Origin: Bacteroidia bacterium | GTDB taxonomy: Bacteria > Bacteroidota > Bacteroidia > M30B66 | Direction: 5' to 3' | Length of the DNA stretch: 64,000 nucleotides | Assembly: GCA_965279035.1 (NCBI GenBank) | Contig: OZ257142.1 | Location: 2,592,001-2,656,000, forward strand | Shown: positions 10,090 through 19,001 of the stretch, in pieces | How the letters are laid out: each line of letters opens with the position of its first letter | Position numbering within the stretch: the first letter of the stretch is position 1 | Notes under the pieces: model-generated | What the model saw: the letters and a program-made list of their open reading frames with translations, nothing else | Told to the model about the DNA's origin: nothing | Database searches by the model: none | Position numbers and translations under genes: made by a program

Positions 10090-11109
10090 CTATTTCTTTG
10101 CTTTCTTTAATTCTTTTTCCATAAATAATCCAAGTCGATTTACACAACCAGCTATCATATTGGAATACGCTTCATCGGTTTGCTTTTCCAAGATTGCACG
10201 TTTAGCATCATCTTTTTCTTTGGGATTAATAACCAATCCTTTCTTAAATGCCATTCGCACACCACCATAAAACAGACCTTTGCTGTATAAATTATTATCC
10301 TTTTTTCCTTCTTTTAATGGCAGTGGATTCGGACCAAATAAATGCATATTCACAGCACTCATCCAGAATCTTGTCTTTCCCCATTTCGTGTCAGCTAATT
10401 GAGAATTATAAACAATTAAAACAGCATCCACTTCTAACAAACGTGTTAAATCATATCCAATCGATTCAATCATTTGTCCATCATATGAACCACTTAAATT
10501 CGAAATTGGCACTGATTTCTTTTTGGGATCCACTTGATCTCGTTTATTAATCTTCATCAACTTATATCCATCAGCTGCTTCATCTAATTCGATGGTAGTT
10601 CCACTGGTAGCCATATTTTTAAAAAACTTTCCAATCTTCTCTCCTACTTTATTTGCAGTTGTATGCTTTATCGTAAAATCATTATAAGCCATTCGTTTAT
10701 CATCATCTGTAAGGTATTGATCAGGAGTTAATAATTCAATACCATATTTATTAAATGTGGAAATAAGGGTAGGCAATCCAACAGAATAAAATCGGTTTCC
10801 TAAGATTCTTAAATTCTCACTTCCCGAATTGGTTGTGTTGTATGTCTTACCAGTAGAATTCGTTCCGGTTATTTTTGTTATCCCTTGATCATCCACATAA
10901 AACGAAACCAAAGCAACACGTTTAGGTACTTGACCAAGTGTTTTTGTGGTAACAGAAAAACCACGACCATTGTCATTAATATAGGATTGATTAAAATCGA
11001 ATTTGGCTTTGCTGGTTAAGTCTTTTTTCTCAGCATAGGATGCCATTTTAGGAGCGCTGCATGCAATCACAAAAAGTGAAACAAATGCAAGAAGAATTAG
11101 CTTTTTCAT
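10090..11109 (-). CDS. Hypothetical lipoprotein
   Basis: MKK + hydrophobic stretch + VIAC lipobox; 339 aa; no recognisable family. Confidence 0.8.
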   Translation of the reverse strand: MKKLILLAFVSLFVIACSAPKMASYAEKKDLTSKAKFDFNQSYINDNGRGFSVTTKTLGQVPKRVALVSFYVDDQGITKITGTNSTGKTYNTTNSGSENLRILGNRFYSVGLPTLISTFNKYGIELLTPDQYLTDDDKRMAYNDFTIKHTTANKVGEKIGKFFKNMATSGTTIELDEAADGYKLMKINKRDQVDPKKKSVPISNLSGSYDGQMIESIGYDLTRLLEVDAVLIVYNSQLADTKWGKTRFWMSAVNMHLFGPNPLPLKEGKKDNNLYSKGLFYGGVRMAFKKGLVINPKEKDDAKRAILEKQTDEAYSNMIAGCVNRLGLFMEKELKKAKK

Positions 11110-11165
11110 AGTACAAGGTTAGATGCGTTTGAATGATGCAAATAACCGTCAACACTAGAATTCCT

Positions 11166-11212
11166 AAAATACACCCACTAGGGTATTTTGCTATCCGTGC
11201 TAACACGTAGAG
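11166..11212 (-). promoter_or_regulatory. Putative response-regulator operator upstream of the lipoprotein gene
   Basis: Minus strand TCTACGTGTTAGCACGGATAGCAAAATACCCTAGTGGGTGTATTT aligns with the element at 11983-12027. Confidence 0.55.
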
Positions 11213-11288
11213 ATGAAAATTAGAGCCAATATTTATTAAAAAATCGACCAAAATAAATGTTGCAATACCTTCAAGAAATTCAGAATTA

Positions 11289-11951
11289 TCAAATAATTCC
11301 TTGCTCAATAGCTAGTTTAATCAAACCAGCAACACTCTTCGTTTCTGTCTTTCGAAATATATTTTTCCGATGTGTTTCTACAGTACGTTCACTAATGAAT
11401 AAATTCTCACCTATTTCAGCATTGTTAAATTCAGAAGCTATCAATTTAACAATTTCAATTTCTCGAGGTGTTAATCGAACAGGTGCGTTCACTGCTACAG
11501 GCTTAGGAATTCGTGCAGCACGCATCATTTCTAATGTTACTTCATCACTGAAAAATAATCCACCGCTGGCAATTTTACGCAATGCTTGAAGCAATTCATC
11601 TTTTCCAGTATTCTTCAAAACATATCCACTAATGCCGGCTTCAAGCATGTCCGAAATGGTATCACGATCACCATGCATCGACAAAGCCAACACCTGAACT
11701 TGAGGAAATTTCTCTTTTATCAATCGTGTTAGCTCAATTCCTGAAATCCCAGGCATATTAACATCTGCAATCACAATATCGACCAAATCAATTTCGAGAA
11801 GTCCAATGACAGTCTCAGGTTGTGTTGTTTCTGCGATTAAATTAAAATCCGATTCATAGATAAGCAAAGACTTAATACCATCAATCATCATCTGATGATC
11901 GTCAACAATTAATAAACGTATTGGAGACTTTCCTTCTAACATCATTATCAA
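11289..11951 (-). CDS. NarL/LuxR-family response regulator
   Basis: LIVDDH, DVNMP and GYVLK receiver motifs; LTPREIEIV...ISERTVETHRKNI LuxR HTH. Confidence 0.95.
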   Translation of the reverse strand: MIMMLEGKSPIRLLIVDDHQMMIDGIKSLLIYESDFNLIAETTQPETVIGLLEIDLVDIVIADVNMPGISGIELTRLIKEKFPQVQVLALSMHGDRDTISDMLEAGISGYVLKNTGKDELLQALRKIASGGLFFSDEVTLEMMRAARIPKPVAVNAPVRLTPREIEIVKLIASEFNNAEIGENLFISERTVETHRKNIFRKTETKSVAGLIKLAIEQGII

Positions 11952-11982
11952 ATTTCAAGGTAAAAATAGGTTTTTCGTAAAA

Positions 11983-12027
11983 TCTACCCAATAGCACGGA
12001 TAAAGAATGCCTTCTAGATGGTATTTC
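11983..12027 (+). promoter_or_regulatory. Putative response-regulator operator upstream of the 12070 gene
   Basis: TCTACCCAATAGCACGGATAAAGAATGCCTTCTAGATGGTATTT, followed by a TAAGTTTG -7 box at 12047-12054. Confidence 0.55.
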
Positions 12028-12069
12028 ATTCGAAATCTATAGAAAATAAGTTTGCAATAAAATTCTACG

Positions 12070-13050
12070 ATGAAACTATTTTCTTTCAAGCTAATAAAAT
12101 CTATACCGAACCTGTGTTTCATTCTTATTTCAATGAATGGAATTAGTCAATCAACAAACTATCGAATAATTGAAAATGATCCAGACCGAAAAAATTTAAT
12201 TATACATCTTCAACCATTCGATGTCAATGCTTATTTACCAGCAATGAATATAGGATATTCGATTCAAGCCAATTGGATGATGAATAAACTCATTCAAGCA
12301 GATTTCATGTATCGAAAAGCGTATTTAGATTTGAATGCAGATGGTGTTTATGCGGCGGATAATCTGAAAAAAGCGAGTTGGTTTCAAGCAGGAGCCAAAT
12401 TCAATTTCCGAACTCATACTAAAAATAAATATGTAAAAGTTGTTTTAAAACAAACTCAATCATATAGAACTACAACCACTACCTATTTATTAATTCCTTG
12501 TGATGTGAAAAGAATTAGTTCGTTTCATGGTGGAATTGTATCTATTCATAATAATCATAAAATCGATAATAACTTTACCGAATCACTTCAAGAAAATGGA
12601 ATAAAAGGCAAAGATTCAAATGGAAATATTCGTGCATTTCGAGATACTATCAATTTCGAAACGATCAGTTATTCATCACAAAATTTTGGAATTTATGCTG
12701 GATTGAATTTCAGATCGATCAAAGATATCATCATCAATACGGATTCATACGGCACACGTTCCAACCATACATTATCTGATTTTTATTTCGATTTTATCTT
12801 TACACCTATTGTGCATTATAGTTTGCATCCCAATGACAATCAACAAATGTTTAAGAATATTGACATCTCAATACCCGAAAATAAAAAGAAACTTTTAGGC
12901 TGGAGAGCTGGATATACTTATGGAACAAACAAAGGCTTTGGCTTTTCAGCTAAAATGGAAATTGGTCAACAGCCAGGAATTCCCGGCTCAGGTTTTTTCA
13001 TGAATCTAGGAATGGGTTTCGTTATAAAATCACGCTTATTAAAAAAATAA
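12070..13050 (+). CDS. Hypothetical secreted/outer-membrane protein
   Basis: Signal-like N-terminus and beta-strand-rich sequence ending GFFMNLGMGF. Confidence 0.7.
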   Translation: MKLFSFKLIKSIPNLCFILISMNGISQSTNYRIIENDPDRKNLIIHLQPFDVNAYLPAMNIGYSIQANWMMNKLIQADFMYRKAYLDLNADGVYAADNLKKASWFQAGAKFNFRTHTKNKYVKVVLKQTQSYRTTTTTYLLIPCDVKRISSFHGGIVSIHNNHKIDNNFTESLQENGIKGKDSNGNIRAFRDTINFETISYSSQNFGIYAGLNFRSIKDIIINTDSYGTRSNHTLSDFYFDFIFTPIVHYSLHPNDNQQMFKNIDISIPENKKKLLGWRAGYTYGTNKGFGFSAKMEIGQQPGIPGSGFFMNLGMGFVIKSRLLKK

Positions 13051-13051
13051 T

Positions 13052-13606
13052 TCATTTATTTTTTTCCAATACATACATATAAAACGGAAATCCCATAAAT
13101 TGAAATTCCTTTTCTAAACTAAAACCATTCCGCATTGCGACTGCTTGAGACTGGGTGTTTTCAACATGAATATTAGAAACTAAACGATTGGTAATTTTAT
13201 TTTCAAAGGCATAATCACGAAAAAACTGAGCTGCTTCTGTGGCAAATCCTTGCCTTCTAAAGGATGGAATTAAATGATAACCAATTTCCAATTCTTTTAC
13301 TCCATCAAAATCTTGAGCTAAAAATCCACAAATACCAATCAATTGATTATTCGTTTTTAACCTCAATCCAAGCATTCCATAGCTTCCAGTAGCATACCGA
13401 TTCAATTGTCGATTAATCATATACTGAGCTTTGATTTGAGCACTTTCTGTTGGAACTCCGGGAATATACTTTTCGGAGTTGGGATCATCAAAAAATGAGC
13501 ACCATGCTGGAATATCTTCTACAGTAAGCGCTTGAATTTTTAATCGTTCCGTTTCAAAACCCAACAAATACGATTCATTCATTGCTAAATAGGCCATTGG
13601 AAACAA
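13052..13606 (-). CDS. GNAT (RimJ/RimL-type) N-acetyltransferase
   Basis: ETERLKI, ELEIGYHLIPSFRRQGFATEAA, NTQSQAVAMRNGF. Confidence 0.9.
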   Translation of the reverse strand: MFPMAYLAMNESYLLGFETERLKIQALTVEDIPAWCSFFDDPNSEKYIPGVPTESAQIKAQYMINRQLNRYATGSYGMLGLRLKTNNQLIGICGFLAQDFDGVKELEIGYHLIPSFRRQGFATEAAQFFRDYAFENKITNRLVSNIHVENTQSQAVAMRNGFSLEKEFQFMGFPFYMYVLEKNK

Positions 13607-13622
13607 AGATTTATTGATCAGA

Positions 13623-15605
13623 TTATGGTGCTAATAAAACAATGTTTTTTATATGAGCACCAATACCTAATTGATGCACAATATCCATCCCCGAAATTAC
13701 CTGTCCAAATGCGGTATAGCGTCCATTTAAATGCGGTGTGCGCGTATGTGTGATAAACCATTGACAACTCTCTGTATCCGGTCCAGAACTTGCCATTCCT
13801 AAAACACCTTCATCAAATTTTCGTCTCGTAAATTCACTACGAATAGTTTGCATAGTGCTTCCGTATCCATCACCACGCGGACAACCATCTTGAATAACAA
13901 ATCCAGGAACAACGCGATGCAAGCGTTTATTCAAATAAAAGCTATCTTGAATTAGCTGAACAAAGTTGGCAACGGTTCCTGGTGCATCATTCACCCATAT
14001 TTCAGCACGAATATTCCCCGCATCAGTTATGATTTCAATTTGCTGATTTTCGGGAATTCGTTCAACCAAATCCCAATCAATAGGATGATTCATTTCTGGT
14101 TTTAAACTTCCTTCTATTGAATGTCCTTCAAATAATCGAAGAGTTTTAAGTAATTCACCATACGATTCAATATCACGTGGTAGTCGCATTTTACCCATTG
14201 CAGTTTCTAAAAACCGGGTATTCGAATTTGGAATTGGAAGCACGCTTCGTGAAGAACCAAGCAAAGTTGTATCTCTTAAATAACTAGCTCCCATGGCAAC
14301 TAAACTCACGTCATACGTTGCTATGCAATCTAAAATTACGTGTGCAAAATGATCTTCTAATGAAAGACTGGGAGATGTTTTTTTCCATTCAATTGCAAAT
14401 GCAGGAAATCGTTTATCGGAGCGGATTTTCAATAATGCTTCAAAGCTAAATTCACGAATTAAAATGCTATTGGTATTAAAGCATTCTTCTTCAATAAATG
14501 ATAAATTACTAAAATCGGAAGCCAGCGCTTTTAAAATAAATCCGGCTATATATTCATCCTTTTCTATCGAATAAAATTTCTTGAGTTCATTCGAAATAGA
14601 ATGAGATGAATTTCCATTTAATTTACTTAATAAAGCTTCATAGAATGTATATTTAGCACGTGGGTGTGATTCTTCCTTAGCTGCTTTTTCAAGTTCAACA
14701 ATTGAAAATAGATCTGCATGATTTAAACAATAGTCTGCTGCTGTTTCTCGTATGTGAAAATTTTTATCCTGAATAGCTTTTATAATAATTTGTTTTCCTG
14801 CAGAGCTTTTCCAGGTAGTAATGCCTCTAAGTATAGCTAATCGACAGAGGTAATTTTCTTCCTTTTGAAATTGATTGAATACATAGATTGAATCTATTTC
14901 ACTAGAGATTACCAAACACCGCAAAATGGCACTACGAGTTGATATATCATCTTCCTCTTGAAGCATTTTCCTAAATGATTCTTTAGAAGTTGAAATATCG
15001 CTTTTAATACGCCCTAAAGCAGATGCAGCATAAAATCGCGCTTCTCCTTCCTCTTCTGTTAATTTTATCAATAATTGAATAATACCGATTTCTTCTGGCT
15101 TTTTACGAACCGAATAAAAAAGTCCTTCAGCCAATGCTGCATTCAAGTTCTCATTGAGTTTATCTCGGTATTTTGCTAATTGCAAGCCGCCTCCACTTTT
15201 ACCGATGGCAATGATAATCTCTCTTTTTACGTCTGTATTTTTTTCATCAAGCAAACAATGCATCATCAAATTGACCAAGCCTTCTAATTGATATTGACCT
15301 AATGCAAAAGCAGCAGAAATACGAACGTTCTCTTCTTTATCAAATTCCATAGCATGAAGCAAAGGCTCAATGGCTAAGCTGTCATTCATTGAACCTAATA
15401 GAATACATGATTGACTTCGAACCTGACTATTCTCATTATTTAAATAACTGATAACACCTTCAGTATTGCGTTCATCAGCAAACGTATGAACCTGTCTTAA
15501 TTGGTCATTTGAGAATTGATTGGGACTAATACACGCGTTTAAAAGAAAAACACAATAAACAACGAATTGTGTATAAAATAGCTTCTTAACAATGCCTTTA
15601 TCCAT
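13623..15605 (-). CDS. HEAT-repeat lipoprotein fused to a cyclophilin-type PPIase
   Basis: LNAC lipobox, HEAT repeats (VRISAAFALGQ), C-terminal HRVVPGFVIQDGCP...GMASSGPDTESCQWFITH..TPHLNGRYTAFGQV. Confidence 0.9.
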   Translation of the reverse strand: MDKGIVKKLFYTQFVVYCVFLLNACISPNQFSNDQLRQVHTFADERNTEGVISYLNNENSQVRSQSCILLGSMNDSLAIEPLLHAMEFDKEENVRISAAFALGQYQLEGLVNLMMHCLLDEKNTDVKREIIIAIGKSGGGLQLAKYRDKLNENLNAALAEGLFYSVRKKPEEIGIIQLLIKLTEEEGEARFYAASALGRIKSDISTSKESFRKMLQEEDDISTRSAILRCLVISSEIDSIYVFNQFQKEENYLCRLAILRGITTWKSSAGKQIIIKAIQDKNFHIRETAADYCLNHADLFSIVELEKAAKEESHPRAKYTFYEALLSKLNGNSSHSISNELKKFYSIEKDEYIAGFILKALASDFSNLSFIEEECFNTNSILIREFSFEALLKIRSDKRFPAFAIEWKKTSPSLSLEDHFAHVILDCIATYDVSLVAMGASYLRDTTLLGSSRSVLPIPNSNTRFLETAMGKMRLPRDIESYGELLKTLRLFEGHSIEGSLKPEMNHPIDWDLVERIPENQQIEIITDAGNIRAEIWVNDAPGTVANFVQLIQDSFYLNKRLHRVVPGFVIQDGCPRGDGYGSTMQTIRSEFTRRKFDEGVLGMASSGPDTESCQWFITHTRTPHLNGRYTAFGQVISGMDIVHQLGIGAHIKNIVLLAP

Positions 15606-15768
15606 TAGTAAAGAGAAATATCAGCTAAAGTAATGCTTTCAAAATAAAATGTGATATGAGAATAAAATGTGTTGTTATTAAGGTAAACTGGACTTAGCAG
15701 AATGCTAACAAGGCATTTATATTGATTTCACGTGTTAACTTGAAATTTACAAAACCAAATGATATCAA

Positions 15769-16626
15769 GTGATAAAAAATCAAATTCAACAACGCGAAGT
15801 CGATCTGGTTGTTATTTCAGACGTACATCTTGGCACGTATGGTTGCCATGCCAATGAATTGGTTGATTATTTAAGAAGTATTAAACCAGGAACTTTGGTT
15901 TTAAATGGAGACATTATCGATGGTTGGGCTTTTTCAAAATCCTACTTTCCTCCTGCCCATCACCAAGTTTTATTAGAAATTATGCGACATATTACTCAAG
16001 GATGTCGCGTTTATTATATCACTGGAAATCACGATGAAATGCTACGTCGCTTTTCAGATATGAATATGGGACAATTTCATTTAGTCGATAAATTAGTTCT
16101 GCAATTAGATGGAAAACGTGCTTGGATTTTCCATGGCGATGTGTTCGATCTCTCAGTAAATACGGGAAAATGGCTAGCTAAAATTGGTGGCAAAAGCTAT
16201 GATTATTTGATTCTTTTCAATCGAATGATTAATTGGGTTTTAGCAAAAATGGGCAGAGAAAAAGTATCCATTTCTAAAAAAATAAAAGCCAGTGTAAAAA
16301 AAGCAGTCAGCTTCGTGAGTGATTTTGAGAATATAGCAGCTCAACATGCCATAGAACAAGGCTACGACTTTGTTATTTGTGGACATATACATCAAGCTCA
16401 AAAACGTGTAATTGAAAATGAACTAGGATCGGTGATGTATTTGAATTCGGGCGATTGGATAGAGAATTTAACCGCTTTGGAATATCAAAAAGGAGAATGG
16501 AAAATTTTTAATTACGAAGAAGAAATGAATGTTTTATTGAAACAGATTCTCCCACATTCGGTTCATACAATTCCTTCTGAATTTATTTTAGGAAAAGAAA
16601 CAAGTTTGATCATTAAAACGCTTTAA
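15769..16626 (+). CDS. Metallophosphoesterase, LpxH/PlcP (UDP-2,3-diacylglucosamine hydrolase-like) family
   Basis: ISDVHLG, LNGDIIDGW, GNHDE, HGDVFD, CGHIH, NSGDWIE. Confidence 0.9.
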   Translation: MIKNQIQQREVDLVVISDVHLGTYGCHANELVDYLRSIKPGTLVLNGDIIDGWAFSKSYFPPAHHQVLLEIMRHITQGCRVYYITGNHDEMLRRFSDMNMGQFHLVDKLVLQLDGKRAWIFHGDVFDLSVNTGKWLAKIGGKSYDYLILFNRMINWVLAKMGREKVSISKKIKASVKKAVSFVSDFENIAAQHAIEQGYDFVICGHIHQAQKRVIENELGSVMYLNSGDWIENLTALEYQKGEWKIFNYEEEMNVLLKQILPHSVHTIPSEFILGKETSLIIKTL

Positions 16627-16627
16627 G

Positions 16628-17644
16628 ATGAAAGTACTTTATGCGATTCAAGGTACGGGAAATGGTCATGTGAGTAGGGCGCGTGAAGTTATTCCCATGT
16701 TGAAAAAGATGGCTGATGTCGATGTTTTCTTAAGTGGAGGAAATTCGAATGTTGATCTCTCTTTTGATATTCAATACAAAAGCAAAGGATTGAGTTTCGA
16801 ATATGGAAACAAAGGAAATTTGAATTTCTGGAAAACACTAAATCACATTCATCCGTTTCGGGTATTAAAAGAAATTCGTGATTTTCCTATTCAACACTAT
16901 GATTTAGTAATCAATGATTTTGAATCCATTTCAGCCTATGCTGCAAAATTGAGAAATGTGCCTTGCTTATCCTTTTCTCATCAAACTTCCTTATTAAGTC
17001 CTTATTCACCAAAACCCGACGGATTAAATTTATTAGGTGAATCGGTACTAAAATATTATGCTCCTGCACCATATTCTATTGGTTTGCATTTTCAGAATTA
17101 TGATGATTATATATACACACCTATTATTAGAAAAGAAATAAGACAATTAAATCCCATTGAATTAGGACATTATACTGTTTATCTTCCAGCATTTAGCACC
17201 AATGAAATGTTGAAATTATTACTTCAAATCCCTCAAGTTCGATGGGAAGTATTTTCTAGAACGAATCGATATCCCTATATCGAAAAAAATGTCACAATTA
17301 AGCCAATTCAAAATGATGCTTTTATTCAAAGTTTATCATCCTGCAAAGGGCTTTTAACAAGCGCTGGATTTGAATCTCCTGCTGAAGCTTTGTACTTAAA
17401 TAAGAAAGTATATGTTATTCCTATTGGTGGACAATATGAGCAATTATGCAATGCCAAAGCATTGAATCAACTGGGTGTTCATTCATCAGCATTTAATGAT
17501 ACGAACTTAATTTCTAAATTAAATAATTGGTTAAATAGCAAAGAAATAATTCCAGTTCATTTCCCTGATATAACTGAAAGTTTAGTAGAACATATGTTAT
17601 TCGATCAATCACATTTTCAAGTACCAACTTTAATTGCTGGTTGA
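16628..17644 (+). CDS. GT-B glycosyltransferase (MJ1255/VC2487-like)
   Basis: YAIQGTGNGHVSRA, INDFE, AGFESPAEALYLNK, GQYEQLCNA. Starts 1 nt after the upstream stop. Confidence 0.88.
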   Translation: MKVLYAIQGTGNGHVSRAREVIPMLKKMADVDVFLSGGNSNVDLSFDIQYKSKGLSFEYGNKGNLNFWKTLNHIHPFRVLKEIRDFPIQHYDLVINDFESISAYAAKLRNVPCLSFSHQTSLLSPYSPKPDGLNLLGESVLKYYAPAPYSIGLHFQNYDDYIYTPIIRKEIRQLNPIELGHYTVYLPAFSTNEMLKLLLQIPQVRWEVFSRTNRYPYIEKNVTIKPIQNDAFIQSLSSCKGLLTSAGFESPAEALYLNKKVYVIPIGGQYEQLCNAKALNQLGVHSSAFNDTNLISKLNNWLNSKEIIPVHFPDITESLVEHMLFDQSHFQVPTLIAG

Positions 17645-17903
17645 ATTCATTTAAAACATAAAATTCTAAATCGATTATTATTTCTTGCGAAAATCAGCAA
17701 TTGATTTAAATTCAAATTACTTTTAACAAGTGTATATAATTTCTATACGAGTGAATGAAATAATTCTATCTATACTCGCTTAAAGAAATTAAGCAGCATT
17801 CATTTAATTTTTTGTTATTTAATCCATTATTTTCCAAGAGTATTTGCCATTCAATAATTAGAATTATAAACAAGTAGCTCATTGAGATGTTAGACCTATT
17901 ATT

Positions 17904-18995
17904 ATGGAAGGATTCCGTTTTTCTCGATACGAAGCTGATAAAGATCAAGATCCATTTGAACGACTTTTAAAATTGTTCAAAGAGGTGTTGCTCCACGCAT
18001 CAGGCGATGTAGATGAAGCACTTAATTGGATGAACGCTCTTGATCGTCAGTATAATCTCACAGATGATGATTACGGTATGGGAGATTTTATTGAGGATTT
18101 GAAGCGAAAAGGATACCTCAATGATGATCCTGAAAAAGGGCTTTCTGTCAGTCCCAAAACAGAGAGAGAGCTCCGAAGAGATTCACTTGAACAAATTTTC
18201 GGGAAACTAAAAAAAGGAACACGAGGAAATCATGCTACTCGTTTTAGTGGTCAAGGAGATGACACTGGATCAGATCGCAGAGCATTCGAATTTGGAGATT
18301 CGACAGAAAATATTTCATTAACCGATAGCATTCGGAATTCCCAAGTAAATCATGGAATTGGTGATTTCTATTTGGAAGAACGAGATTTGGAGGTAATAGA
18401 ACAAGAATATAAAACACAAACGTCAACGGTGTTAATGATCGATATTTCTCATTCGATGATTTTATATGGAGAAGATCGCATTACTCCTGCCAAAAGAGTA
18501 GCAATGGCTATGTCGGAGCTTGTGAAAATCAAATATCCTAAAGACACCTTGGATGTTATCGTATTTGGAAATGATGCTTGGCAAATTCAAGTAAAATACA
18601 TTCCCTATTTGCAAGTTGGACCATATCATACGAATACGGTAGCTGGTTTAGAGCTGGCGATGGATATTTTGAGAAGGAGAAAAAATCCTAACAAACAAAT
18701 TTTTATGATCACCGATGGGAAACCTACTTGCCTCAAAGAAGGAGATCATTATTACAAAAATTCAAATGGTTTAGATCGAAAAATTGTCAATAAAACTCTT
18801 GGTTTAGCTGCTCAATGCAGAAGATTGAAAATACCCATAACAACCTTTATGTTAGCAAGTGATTCTTGGCTTCAGGATTTTGTAAAAGAATTCACCGAAA
18901 CCAATGGAGGAAGAGCATTTTATACTGGCTTAAAAGGTTTGGGAGATCTAGTATTTTCCGATTATGAACGCAATCGCTCACGAAAAATTCGTTAA
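17904..18995 (+). CDS. VWA domain-containing protein
   Basis: MIDAS motif DISHS, TNT, MITDGKP. Confidence 0.92.
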   Translation: MEGFRFSRYEADKDQDPFERLLKLFKEVLLHASGDVDEALNWMNALDRQYNLTDDDYGMGDFIEDLKRKGYLNDDPEKGLSVSPKTERELRRDSLEQIFGKLKKGTRGNHATRFSGQGDDTGSDRRAFEFGDSTENISLTDSIRNSQVNHGIGDFYLEERDLEVIEQEYKTQTSTVLMIDISHSMILYGEDRITPAKRVAMAMSELVKIKYPKDTLDVIVFGNDAWQIQVKYIPYLQVGPYHTNTVAGLELAMDILRRRKNPNKQIFMITDGKPTCLKEGDHYYKNSNGLDRKIVNKTLGLAAQCRRLKIPITTFMLASDSWLQDFVKEFTETNGGRAFYTGLKGLGDLVFSDYERNRSRKIR

Positions 18996-19001
18996 ATAAA
19001 A

